Source: Patescibacteria group bacterium
GTDB lineage: Bacteria > Patescibacteriota > Microgenomatia > UBA10105 > UBA927
Length of the DNA: 64,000 nucleotides
Assembly: GCA_003545435.1 (NCBI GenBank)
Contig: DPYI01000025.1
Coordinates: 19,701 to 83,700 of the forward strand
Direction of reading: 5' to 3'
In this document: positions 28,117-37,303 of the stretch, one piece after another
How the letters are laid out: each line of letters starts with the position of its first letter
How positions within the stretch are numbered: the first letter of the stretch is position 1
Position numbers and translations under genes: made by a program
Notes under the pieces: generated by a model
Seen by the model: only the letters and a program-made list of their open reading frames with translations
Database searches by the model: none
Told to the model about the DNA's origin: nothing

Positions 28117-29207
28117 GCTACAAACCATCCTCTCAAAAACAAAGCCGATAAAATAATCTGAAGGATAACAAACAACAGTACAATGCTGTATTGTAAAGAC
28201 CGATTATCCAATTTACCGAGTATCAAAAAAAGAGGAAACGCAGAAAGAATATATCGGGGCATGGAAGATAACGTGCCCGTTAAAGTCGGAAGTGTTATCA
28301 CCAGAAAACTGTACATAAGGTCAGACCATGACGTCTTCATTTTCCATCCTAACCACAAGACGCAATAACCAAACAGTGTTGCGATTAATTCTACTATAGA
28401 TATGAAATAGGAAACCGGTGTCGGCTGGAGAAACGCAGTAAACAGAATCTTTAAATACCGCCACACAACCTGAGGCAATATGATAATACCATCGGTGCGA
28501 TTGGCTCCGAAGAGAGGCTGCATGTGGAAAAAATATAACGGATCACCTTTTGCTACGTATAAATATGTCATATACACAATAAGTCCCATAGGAATACATA
28601 AGATCGAAACAATGTCGCGGAGCAATATTTTTTTGGGCTTCTGACTAATATATTCAATTGCTGCATAAAACAATAATAACGCTCCAAATAGTTTTGTGGC
28701 GCTTGCTAACGCTCCAAATATTCCCGCCCACATCCATAATTTTCTTTTTGAAAATACATACACGAGCACGGAAAGAAGAAAAAATAATCCTTCTGTATAC
28801 ACTGCACAGAAAAAAAAGCTTGTTGGAAAGGTAATTAAAAAAACTACTGTCCACAAAGCGGTATGTTTATTTGTTCCGTATACATAGGAATGGAAAATAA
28901 GAACACCGATACTATATGAGGCCAATGAAATATATGTTCCTATTATCCAATATGGTACATCAAATAATTTTCTAAACGATGAGATAAGTATGGGGTAAAA
29001 CGGGAAGAAAGCTTCGCTTAAATGAAAATATCCATATTCGGCTATACGTAAATAATAAATACCGTCATGGTTTGCCCACGGACTGGGTCCGTTATATCCT
29101 ATATGTAACGGCACCATAGAGGAATATCTCTCGACGATATACAATGCTATCCGCCAAATCATCAATAACAAAATGACATTCCTGCTAATTTCCCAAAACT
29201 TTCTCAT
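28113..29207 (-). CDS. Polytopic membrane protein (364 aa), GT-C/mannosyltransferase-like (DUF2029/PIG-V-like guess)
   Basis: About 10 TM segments, an early periplasmic-loop acidic motif (RIAEYGYFHLSEAFFPFYP). Function inferred from context only. Confidence 0.45.
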   Translation of the reverse strand: MRKFWEISRNVILLLMIWRIALYIVERYSSMVPLHIGYNGPSPWANHDGIYYLRIAEYGYFHLSEAFFPFYPILISSFRKLFDVPYWIIGTYISLASYSIGVLIFHSYVYGTNKHTALWTVVFLITFPTSFFFCAVYTEGLFFLLSVLVYVFSKRKLWMWAGIFGALASATKLFGALLLFYAAIEYISQKPKKILLRDIVSILCIPMGLIVYMTYLYVAKGDPLYFFHMQPLFGANRTDGIIILPQVVWRYLKILFTAFLQPTPVSYFISIVELIATLFGYCVLWLGWKMKTSWSDLMYSFLVITLPTLTGTLSSMPRYILSAFPLFLILGKLDNRSLQYSIVLLFVILQIILSALFLRGWFVA

Positions 29208-30234
29208 ACGATCGCAGTGTTGCTTTTGCTGTACGTTGCCAGGAAAATGTATGCATCCATGTGTGCCCGCGCTGAATTAATGTATTCCGTTCATCCATCG
29301 TAAAAAGTAAAATCCTTTTCATACCGTCCGCAATAGAATGATAATCGTTCGGATCGACCATGATTGACGGTCCTGCAATTTCCGACAGACTGGAAGAAGA
29401 GCTGCAGACAACCGGACACCCCAAAGACATAGCTTCAAGCACAGGAAGCCCGAATCCTTCATACAATGATGGTTGAATAAGCGCTTGGGCATGAATATAG
29501 AGTGAGACAAGAATTTCATCGTCCACATATCCTGTTTTTATAACCTGCTTTGCGATGCCAAGTTCTGATATCATTGCCATAATTTCCCGTGTCTGAATAA
29601 GCGATTGATCTAAAAATGCCTTTCCGACCAGAACGAGTTGGATGAACGACGGATAATCCTTAATACATGATGAGAATGCTTTTAGAAGACCGGGAATATT
29701 TTTATTCCAATTAACGTCACCAACATAGAGCACATATGTGTTTTTTATCCCATACTGTTTTTTAATCAACTCAAATTTCTTTGATAAAATATTTTTTTGC
29801 AGGGAAGGAGCCAGATAAATAACATCAATATCATCTTTGCCAACGCCGATACATTTTTCAATATCTCTCTTTGAACATTCGGAGTCTGTTATGATTCTCT
29901 GTTTTCTTTTCAATGAATATTTTTGAATCTCCCATTTGATGCTTCCCCGCAGTCCTTTTGGAAAATGCGCAGGATATACGATCGGAATAAGATCGTGAAC
30001 GGTTACCACAGTAGGTTTTGGAGAGCATATCGGAAGCGTCAAAAAGAACGGGTCAAAATAAGGGTAATGGATAATATCGGTTTGACGCGGAATCTGTTCT
30101 CTGTGGTGAAACAGATAATACGTATGACGGGATTCGTACGTTTCCAATGCTTTTACGAGATTTTTGGTATACCCGCCTATTCCGCGGTTAGTGTGGCCTC
30201 CATAAAAAGGAGATGTGTCTATGGCGATTCTCAT
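29185..30234 (-). CDS. GT4-family glycosyltransferase
   Basis: Start set at MRIAIDTSPFYGG (ATG 30234); C-terminal YEGFGLPVLEAMSLGCPVVCS is the GT4 signature. Confidence 0.75.
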   Translation of the reverse strand: MRIAIDTSPFYGGHTNRGIGGYTKNLVKALETYESRHTYYLFHHREQIPRQTDIIHYPYFDPFFLTLPICSPKPTVVTVHDLIPIVYPAHFPKGLRGSIKWEIQKYSLKRKQRIITDSECSKRDIEKCIGVGKDDIDVIYLAPSLQKNILSKKFELIKKQYGIKNTYVLYVGDVNWNKNIPGLLKAFSSCIKDYPSFIQLVLVGKAFLDQSLIQTREIMAMISELGIAKQVIKTGYVDDEILVSLYIHAQALIQPSLYEGFGLPVLEAMSLGCPVVCSSSSSLSEIAGPSIMVDPNDYHSIADGMKRILLFTMDERNTLIQRGHTWMHTFSWQRTAKATLRSYEKVLGN

Positions 30235-31804
30235 ATACCCCAAGTATACCCCATAAAGTAAGCCAAACCAACACAAGAATGGATAACGTATCTGCGAATT
30301 TTCTCATGAGCGTCCGGGAAAACACGACGCGTACGCGGTGTTCTCCTGAAGGAACAAAAAATCGTATTGTTCCGTCAATCTGATATTCTATCCCAATACT
30401 CTGATTATCTACCCTGACTGCCCATCCCGGAAAATAAAGAATCGGAATATCCACTTGGGCACCTGTTTCAGAAGCAACAATGAACTGTTTATCTAGATAG
30501 CTATTTTTGGAAAAACTTCCCTTAACTTTTCCATTTACTACTCTCAGCAGATATTCTGAACGTTTGTTCTTCCAGCCGGTCCAGATAGTCGAAAAACTAT
30601 TCCCCATGGATGATGTACCGTCAGTAAAATTTTTCCTCGACATATAATAGTAACCGTCACGCGGTGAATATACTACGGGGCGGGTATATGAATAGGAAAA
30701 AATAACTGATAGAAAAATAATGATAATTGATGCGATGCGCATACGAAAATGATAGGAAACATATGCTCCCGTAAACGCAGTAGCAGGTATCACAAATGAA
30801 AGGAAACGCCAAGGATATTGAACATACTGAAGAAATGGTATGTACTTCCACAAAAGAAATGTCCATGAAAGCGTAAAAATAACGGCGAATATGCATACCA
30901 TGGCAACGTACCGATAAAACCGGTTTATTTCTTTACCTTTTTCTTTTACACTAACAAAAATGGACATAAAAAAAATTAAAAGCGGTACGATACCGATTTG
31001 TAGAGACATTTTATTTCCGCTAAACATCTGACCGGACAGCGCTGTTCCCCAGGAAGGAATGATAAGTTCATATGCCTCAGCAAAATGTTCTTGAACTTGT
31101 ACCGTATTCAATCCGACTACATAGACACTCTCCGCAATTGCAGGAATCCAGAAATAGGAAGATAATAAAATCCCGATGAGAATACCGATTGTATACCGTT
31201 TATTCCGCAAAAGAGCAACTCCGAAAAGAAACGGTATAAAAAGCATTGCCAGTATATTATGGCTGAGCACCAATCCTGCGATAGCAAACGAAAATGGTAT
31301 GAACATCCCGTATTCACAGAACATTAATCCGGCAAACACAAACGCAATTGCCCATACCTCACCCACAGAACCTCTTACATAAAGATCGACGAACCAGTAC
31401 GGTACGAATGCTGCCGATATGGCTCCGACCGTTGCTGCTTTTACATGAAACAGCTTCTTGAGCCACAGAAATGAAAAAATTCCTGATGAAATATACCCAA
31501 ATGCCAGGCTGATCTTAAATGCATCAACCGCATGAAATCCTATCCGTTGGATGATTGCTCCTATGTAGTTTGGAAGCGGGTAATGAAAAAGAAAAATGGG
31601 GATTCCGTATCCGCTGTTCATGTTCGGTGCCCATCGGGGAATCAGGTAACCTTCTGAAATCATGCGGTAAAATTCAATAAAACGGATGATGTGATATTCG
31701 CCGTCATGAGTCGGAATATATTCTTTTCGAAAAAAGGGGGAACTCGCAAAAACAGTAAAAAGAAAAACAATGAAAATTCCGAATACTATTTTTCTATTTT
31801 TCAT
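30188..31804 (-). CDS. Polytopic membrane protein, paralog family A (HDGxxHxxR N-terminal motif)
   Basis: 538 aa; PTHDGEYHIIRFIEFY...IPRWAPNMNSGYGIPIF is conserved with 37300..38970 and 39833..41521; about 13 TM segments plus a C-terminal soluble domain. Confidence 0.55.
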   Translation of the reverse strand: MKNRKIVFGIFIVFLFTVFASSPFFRKEYIPTHDGEYHIIRFIEFYRMISEGYLIPRWAPNMNSGYGIPIFLFHYPLPNYIGAIIQRIGFHAVDAFKISLAFGYISSGIFSFLWLKKLFHVKAATVGAISAAFVPYWFVDLYVRGSVGEVWAIAFVFAGLMFCEYGMFIPFSFAIAGLVLSHNILAMLFIPFLFGVALLRNKRYTIGILIGILLSSYFWIPAIAESVYVVGLNTVQVQEHFAEAYELIIPSWGTALSGQMFSGNKMSLQIGIVPLLIFFMSIFVSVKEKGKEINRFYRYVAMVCIFAVIFTLSWTFLLWKYIPFLQYVQYPWRFLSFVIPATAFTGAYVSYHFRMRIASIIIIFLSVIFSYSYTRPVVYSPRDGYYYMSRKNFTDGTSSMGNSFSTIWTGWKNKRSEYLLRVVNGKVKGSFSKNSYLDKQFIVASETGAQVDIPILYFPGWAVRVDNQSIGIEYQIDGTIRFFVPSGEHRVRVVFSRTLMRKFADTLSILVLVWLTLWGILGVYENRHRHISFLWRPH

Positions 31805-31805
31805 A

Positions 31806-33290
31806 TCAGCGTTCTTTTATCCGCTCCTCAACTGTAAGGGTGCCAAATGAAGCCGAAGTTTGTAGGGTACCCCAATGTTCAACCGTATTTTTATGCCAAT
31901 CAAATTGAAAACGCGGATTTGATATGTCTTTTTGTATAATAACATAGAGTAGTTCATCGTGCTCTTCATCCGGCAGGATATAATTGTGTTTTGTTCCGTA
32001 ATACCAAAAAAGATATTCCCATCCGCTTTGCCAGAAATACGGTATGGTGTAAGACTGAAAATAAAATTGTCTGCCTTGAGCTTTTTTATAAATATATTCA
32101 ATAGTGCCTAATTGATCCTGATAATGAAGGTCGGGTTGTGTGGATTGAAAAAAAATCCGTTTATTCGTCGGAAGATTCATAAACCAAAGCGATACGTTTG
32201 AAAAGATAATGAGAAGAAAAACGAAAATACCAAGAGATGCACTAAATTTTTCGTAAATAACGTAAACTGCATACGCCATGCCAAGAAGCAGTCCTACTGC
32301 AAGAAAAACATACAGTTGAACAAGTGCTCCATGACGAAGAATAATCAGTATGATATTCGGAATAAGCAGCCATAGCAAAAGAAGATGAAGATATTGACTT
32401 TTCTTACTGCGAATGAACAGAATCGTAAAAATACTTGCCAGAATAGCTATGGTTATTATTGTGTTTGGTAAACCCAGTACATCCATGGATGAATCAATAA
32501 ACGTAGACGTAACTGAGTTAAACGACTGTGAAAATGACGTGTAATATCCTTTCACGCCGGTACACAATGCAAAAAGGCTTTTGGAAATAAGAAATTTGTG
32601 TCTTATGTCAAACAACGCGAAATTACCTACGGAAAACAATATCGCGGTACACAAAGAAATAATGATGATGGGAATTATTTTTGATCGACGAATAATCTTT
32701 TTATAATAACAAATAAAAATTCCCAAACCGGTTGCAGCAACTAAAAGAAAATTAATGAACTCCGATTGCCCCATGAGACCATATGAGATGGCCGCTCCTG
32801 GGAGGTACCATTTTCTTCCTTTCAGAAACTTTATCAGAAAAAGAAAAAATAGTGCCGAAAGCGGAATAGTAAGGGGTTGTCCGGATAACCAACGGGAATA
32901 GGATATAGCTCCGTATGAAACCGTATAAAGAGATGCACTTATATACGCTATTTTACTATTGCCCGTTATTTCAAGCGCAACCAAATAGATGAGAAATACG
33001 GTAAGACTTTGTATGAGTGTAAAAAAAAGCGCAACGATGTACGGATCTCCGCCTGAGAAAAAAAACGGAATAACGGCTAAATAATAATAAATCGGTCCGT
33101 GAAATACTCCCCCTATATCGGTTTTCGGACCTATAAGAGTGTATTTATGAGAAACAACGATGTCACGGATAATTTTAAAATCATTCCCCTGTTCCGGCCC
33201 GAAAAAGAGGTTATCAGGAAATAAATACGATCGTAAAAAAAAACCTAAAACAGCAAGTCCTGTGAGAATAAGAAGAATTTTTTTATTCAC
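31806..33290 (-). CDS. Polytopic membrane protein, paralog family B (GxxQGxxxK...GPxxxGG motif)
   Basis: 494 aa; GPEQGNDFKIIRDIVVSHKYTLIGPKTDIGGVFHGPIYYYLAVIPF is homologous to 41526.., 43071.. and 56510.. Confidence 0.55.
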   Translation of the reverse strand: MNKKILLILTGLAVLGFFLRSYLFPDNLFFGPEQGNDFKIIRDIVVSHKYTLIGPKTDIGGVFHGPIYYYLAVIPFFFSGGDPYIVALFFTLIQSLTVFLIYLVALEITGNSKIAYISASLYTVSYGAISYSRWLSGQPLTIPLSALFFLFLIKFLKGRKWYLPGAAISYGLMGQSEFINFLLVAATGLGIFICYYKKIIRRSKIIPIIIISLCTAILFSVGNFALFDIRHKFLISKSLFALCTGVKGYYTSFSQSFNSVTSTFIDSSMDVLGLPNTIITIAILASIFTILFIRSKKSQYLHLLLLWLLIPNIILIILRHGALVQLYVFLAVGLLLGMAYAVYVIYEKFSASLGIFVFLLIIFSNVSLWFMNLPTNKRIFFQSTQPDLHYQDQLGTIEYIYKKAQGRQFYFQSYTIPYFWQSGWEYLFWYYGTKHNYILPDEEHDELLYVIIQKDISNPRFQFDWHKNTVEHWGTLQTSASFGTLTVEERIKER

Positions 33291-34480
33291 GCGTTTTTAT
33301 AAATGTTATAATTTTTATAATAATTATAAACGTTATAACAAATCCATAGAACAACCGGAATAATGGTCAGTACAATTCTCAATACCGGCCCCGGCCCCTC
33401 ATAATATCCCATTGCCATATACGGTACATGACGCAACTCTAATCCGATTGATACTGCAATACAAAATTGCCAAACCCGGGCATATTTGGAATACGGAAGG
33501 AAAGCAGCTGCAGAAAGAAACCATACCGCATACCAGGGATATAACTCTTCCCGTACGGGAGCAAAAACTATGAAAACCAAAAAAAGAAGGCATGAGACGA
33601 TACACATAAGACGACTATATGTCGTCTTACGGAAAAAAAGTAAAGGAAGTAATACTATCGTTGCGCCTTTAATAAAAATCGACAGGGTAAACATACATAA
33701 CCCCACCAGACGATTCACCCATTCCTTTTTTTGCCACAAAAGTAAACCTACACATGCCAAAACCATCATGACAATATCGTTATGCCCGGATACAAGCACC
33801 TCAATGAGAATGAGTGGGTTCAAAGCAAAAAATATGACGTTCTGCATTTTTTTTGTTATATGCCATATCAAATAACTCATGCCAAAATAAAAAAGTGCTG
33901 TAATACATTTAAAAGCAATGATGGTTTGCCAAATATTTCCCATCCCTAACGTATGAGGGATCCAAGTCAAAAGAAGCCACGCGGGTCCGTACAAAGCGAC
34001 CTTATTAGCTGCTCTGGTAAACGCAAGATTCGGATCATTGTAAATTTCAATTGGCATCACTACATAAGGATTTTCATGCCAAGCAAATGCAACCTTTGAG
34101 GTGGCAATATAATTAAACAGATCATACGAGAGAAACGGGTAAGAAAGTATCAATAATGCGCATACGATGACGGTGCGTGACAAAAATTGCCGATATCCGT
34201 ACTTTTCAGGATGTACCGACTGAATCGTTTTCCACCATAATACGAAAAGACACAGTAGTATCAATATGAATATTCCAGCAGTTTGCATTCTGTAAGAACG
34301 CATACTAATAGCAAGCTGGCTAAGAATGGCTTGAAATATGGGATTGTCGGTTAACCGAAGATTCACGTCAACAAACGCATATGAAAAAATTGAAATTATC
34401 ACTGAAGTAGCAATCCAAAAAGGAAAATAAATCATAGAGCAATTATATTTTTTCAAAAATAAGGATCTGGGCATTATCAA
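33287..34480 (-). CDS. Polytopic membrane protein (397 aa), putative GT-C glycosyltransferase
   Basis: About 11 TM segments; no soluble domain; start may be the internal MIYFPFW (34435). Confidence 0.45.
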   Translation of the reverse strand: MIMPRSLFLKKYNCSMIYFPFWIATSVIISIFSYAFVDVNLRLTDNPIFQAILSQLAISMRSYRMQTAGIFILILLCLFVLWWKTIQSVHPEKYGYRQFLSRTVIVCALLILSYPFLSYDLFNYIATSKVAFAWHENPYVVMPIEIYNDPNLAFTRAANKVALYGPAWLLLTWIPHTLGMGNIWQTIIAFKCITALFYFGMSYLIWHITKKMQNVIFFALNPLILIEVLVSGHNDIVMMVLACVGLLLWQKKEWVNRLVGLCMFTLSIFIKGATIVLLPLLFFRKTTYSRLMCIVSCLLFLVFIVFAPVREELYPWYAVWFLSAAAFLPYSKYARVWQFCIAVSIGLELRHVPYMAMGYYEGPGPVLRIVLTIIPVVLWICYNVYNYYKNYNIYKNA

Positions 34481-36731
34481 ATATCTTTTTTATTTTTAAT
34501 GTTTGTATTTCATATTCAGAAATATCTGAACCCAGATATTTCGGGATCACTATCAATCTATTATCATAATCGGTTAATTGGAGAATGTGATTGGCGGGTC
34601 GTGCAACAACTTCCCATTTTGTATTTGTTATTTTTGGAAGGATTTGAAAATAATTATACAGCAACGGTTTTATTGCTTTATATATCGGCCGAATTGAATT
34701 TTCAAATTGCTCTACATATATCACGTTCTTTTTGCTGTTCTTTATAGCCTGAAGCGAATTAATCTCATAGCGGGTAATGGCTAATTTGCTGCGTGAAAAC
34801 ATGACGGTACATGCGACCATGCCTATAACAACCGGTAATGACACATACATCAATGCTTTATTCCGTACTAAACCTGTCTGTTTAATCATATAAACCATAC
34901 TACCTGATAAAAGTGCTGTAAATAATACAAAAAATACGATTACGTATATACTAGTAGATTTATCAAGCGGAAAATACGGCAGATGGAAGTACAAAAAAGT
35001 AGTCAGGGAAAAAAATATATAATATAGTATTTTTATCCCCCTTTTTGGATGTACTGTATCCGAAAAAAAATGCAGAACAATCAAAATAATAAACGGCAGA
35101 ATTTTGGCAATGACCAGCGTTTCAAAAATTGAAGGAATGTGTATGAGAAAAAGAATGGTAAAAAGAACTGTTTCCTTACTATCAAAAAGAAAAATAGATT
35201 GACTCGTAAGAAAAGAGGATGCGAAGATTAACGGCACTGTCAATGGAATAAAAGATCTTATTGCGGAATACATATTTTTTTTCTTCATAAAAATTATCAA
35301 AAAATAGAAGGAAAATATTCCGAATAAATATGATCGTAAGCTCGTGTGTTGATCTTTTTTCCCAAAATCATAAACTTTCTCACTTTTATTCTCTCCCATA
35401 AACAGCTTCATGCTTGTTGGCCTAAACGAAGAGATAATAGTATTCCCTGTATACAGTAAAACTTCATTATTATGTTCTTCCAGTCTCATCGGTTCTGCAG
35501 TAACTTTAAGAAGCGTCTTACTGTCCGGAAATCTCACTGAATCGATAATTTCGGGTGTCGTAATTCTCAGTCTGGACTGACTATTCGGAAGTAAGCTGAA
35601 ATCCTCCTCTATTTTATTGGAATAATCTCTCAGATCAACAAGATACACTGAATCGTTATTTTTTTGCAGGGAAGCTCTATAATTTTCAGATACATACCAG
35701 AAAGATTGGTTATCAGAATCATAGTCTTGAGACAAAAAGTATGATGTATACGGAAAAACCTTCCGTTGCTCTAAAAAATGGCGTGCAAAATCTTTTACAA
35801 ATAAAATAGCAGTTTTCTTTTCCTTTTCTAATTCCTTTGCCTTCAACAGCATCGTTCTATAGTTTTTATTGAAATCTTCCTCTGTGCCGCCATTTTCCAA
35901 CCCCATCACCATAGTATGAAATGGCTTTGTAAGAAAAATTCCTGCCAGATAATTGACATAATCAGTTCCATATCCTTTCATGGGATAATCCTGTACACTG
36001 AAAAGAGGATCAGCATACCCCTCCAATGGATCTCGTGCAGCCCATTGGAGAATAACAACTTTTGAACTATCCTCAAACGATTCTGCAGGAATTGCTTCGT
36101 TTGTTTTTGAGGCGATATACGGAATGCTCCACGGGGTTCCCCAAAATGAATAGAAGTCCAAATTAAACTGATCAGAAGCCCGGAGCGCAGCCGTGATGCC
36201 GTATTTTTTCTGCATGTACGAAAGTGAATCTCCTCCGACCCACCATGCTCCGACTGTTTTTGGATAATATCCAAAGATTTGCTTAAATTTTGAAAATGCT
36301 TTATCTATCAATATCCTCCGTTCGTTTACGTCATATGAGACCAAAAATAATCCATCGGAAAAATACCACGCACCTTGTCCTCTGTAGAGAATGTTTGCTT
36401 TTTGTGCAGAATTTCTATCGATTTCAAGAAGCAGGCCAAATTCCTGTCCGGACATTTCATTTTTTGCCAGGTCAATAATATTTTGATCTTCCAATACACT
36501 ATACTGCATTAACCACGTGGCATTGACACCTAAATCCCGTGTTACCTGCCACTGCGCTCTCAGACTGGATACCAAATCATCATTTTCGTGTCCAAGACCA
36601 CTTCCTCTGATTAAGTTTATGACAGTTATTGCCGGAGACGGATTGTCTTTTTGTGCAAAAATCTTTTGTAAAAAACAGGATAGGAAAAAAATAATTACGT
36701 ATATGGAAAATACCCATCTTTTTAAAATCAT
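34443..36731 (-). CDS. Large membrane protein with N-terminal extracytoplasmic carbohydrate-processing-like domain and C-terminal multi-TM domain
   Basis: Start trimmed to the signal-peptide-like MILKRWVFSIYVIIFFLSCFLQKIFAQ (ATG 36731); a ~500 aa soluble domain (WWVGGDSLSYMQKKYGITAALRASDQFNLDFYSFWGTPW), then about 8 TM helices. Confidence 0.5.
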   Translation of the reverse strand: MILKRWVFSIYVIIFFLSCFLQKIFAQKDNPSPAITVINLIRGSGLGHENDDLVSSLRAQWQVTRDLGVNATWLMQYSVLEDQNIIDLAKNEMSGQEFGLLLEIDRNSAQKANILYRGQGAWYFSDGLFLVSYDVNERRILIDKAFSKFKQIFGYYPKTVGAWWVGGDSLSYMQKKYGITAALRASDQFNLDFYSFWGTPWSIPYIASKTNEAIPAESFEDSSKVVILQWAARDPLEGYADPLFSVQDYPMKGYGTDYVNYLAGIFLTKPFHTMVMGLENGGTEEDFNKNYRTMLLKAKELEKEKKTAILFVKDFARHFLEQRKVFPYTSYFLSQDYDSDNQSFWYVSENYRASLQKNNDSVYLVDLRDYSNKIEEDFSLLPNSQSRLRITTPEIIDSVRFPDSKTLLKVTAEPMRLEEHNNEVLLYTGNTIISSFRPTSMKLFMGENKSEKVYDFGKKDQHTSLRSYLFGIFSFYFLIIFMKKKNMYSAIRSFIPLTVPLIFASSFLTSQSIFLFDSKETVLFTILFLIHIPSIFETLVIAKILPFIILIVLHFFSDTVHPKRGIKILYYIFFSLTTFLYFHLPYFPLDKSTSIYVIVFFVLFTALLSGSMVYMIKQTGLVRNKALMYVSLPVVIGMVACTVMFSRSKLAITRYEINSLQAIKNSKKNVIYVEQFENSIRPIYKAIKPLLYNYFQILPKITNTKWEVVARPANHILQLTDYDNRLIVIPKYLGSDISEYEIQTLKIKKIFDNAQILIFEKI

Positions 36732-36760
36732 AGATGTTAGATTGTTAATAATTGTGCGTA

Positions 36761-37303
36761 TTATTCTGAAAGTTCCGAAACTGTTCGTCCCCTGATTGCG
36801 ACTGACTGAAGAATAAGAGATTGTATATCTAATTGGATAGATGCACTTTTCTCCGGCACCCACAGAAATGATTTTGGTACTGTTGCGTTTATAGTAGTAA
36901 GAACTTCCGTATGTTTCACAGCAGCCGACCGAACTGTTTCTGATAGATTCCGAACGTCTTTCCCCTCCAACATAGCTTTACGGATATATTCAGGTATGAC
37001 TGAAAATTCTTCGTTTGAGCGATTTAAAGCATCAACCGCCAAGAGATACTGCTGATACTCAAATAGCGTTTTTGCTTCCACTACGTATTTATCCGAAAGT
37101 CCGATATGGTATTTAATTTGTGCAATATTACCGAAATACCAATATCCTTTCAGGATATCGAGAATTCTAGATACGTTATACAGCTTATTTCCCGGCATAT
37201 AAGAAGGGTATGGAAGAGTGTACGCTGCGCGTACCAATGACCAATGACCAATGACCAATGACAAAAAAATAGCTATACCGGCATGTAACAGGAATTTCTT
37301 CAT
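36761..37303 (-). CDS. Small secreted/periplasmic protein with signal peptide (hypothetical, 180 aa)
   Basis: MKKFLLHAGIAIFLSLVIGHWSLVRAAY signal peptide; the h-region is encoded by a (CCAATGA)x4 heptamer tract. Confidence 0.45.
   Translation of the reverse strand: MKKFLLHAGIAIFLSLVIGHWSLVRAAYTLPYPSYMPGNKLYNVSRILDILKGYWYFGNIAQIKYHIGLSDKYVVEAKTLFEYQQYLLAVDALNRSNEEFSVIPEYIRKAMLEGKDVRNLSETVRSAAVKHTEVLTTINATVPKSFLWVPEKSASIQLDIQSLILQSVAIRGRTVSELSE
37234..37261. repeat. Perfect heptanucleotide tandem repeat (CCAATGA)x4 inside the 5' end of CDS 36761..37303
   Basis: Read directly from the sequence: gtaCCAATGACCAATGACCAATGACCAATGAcaaaaaaa; encodes LSLVIGHWSLV on the minus strand. Confidence 0.9.
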
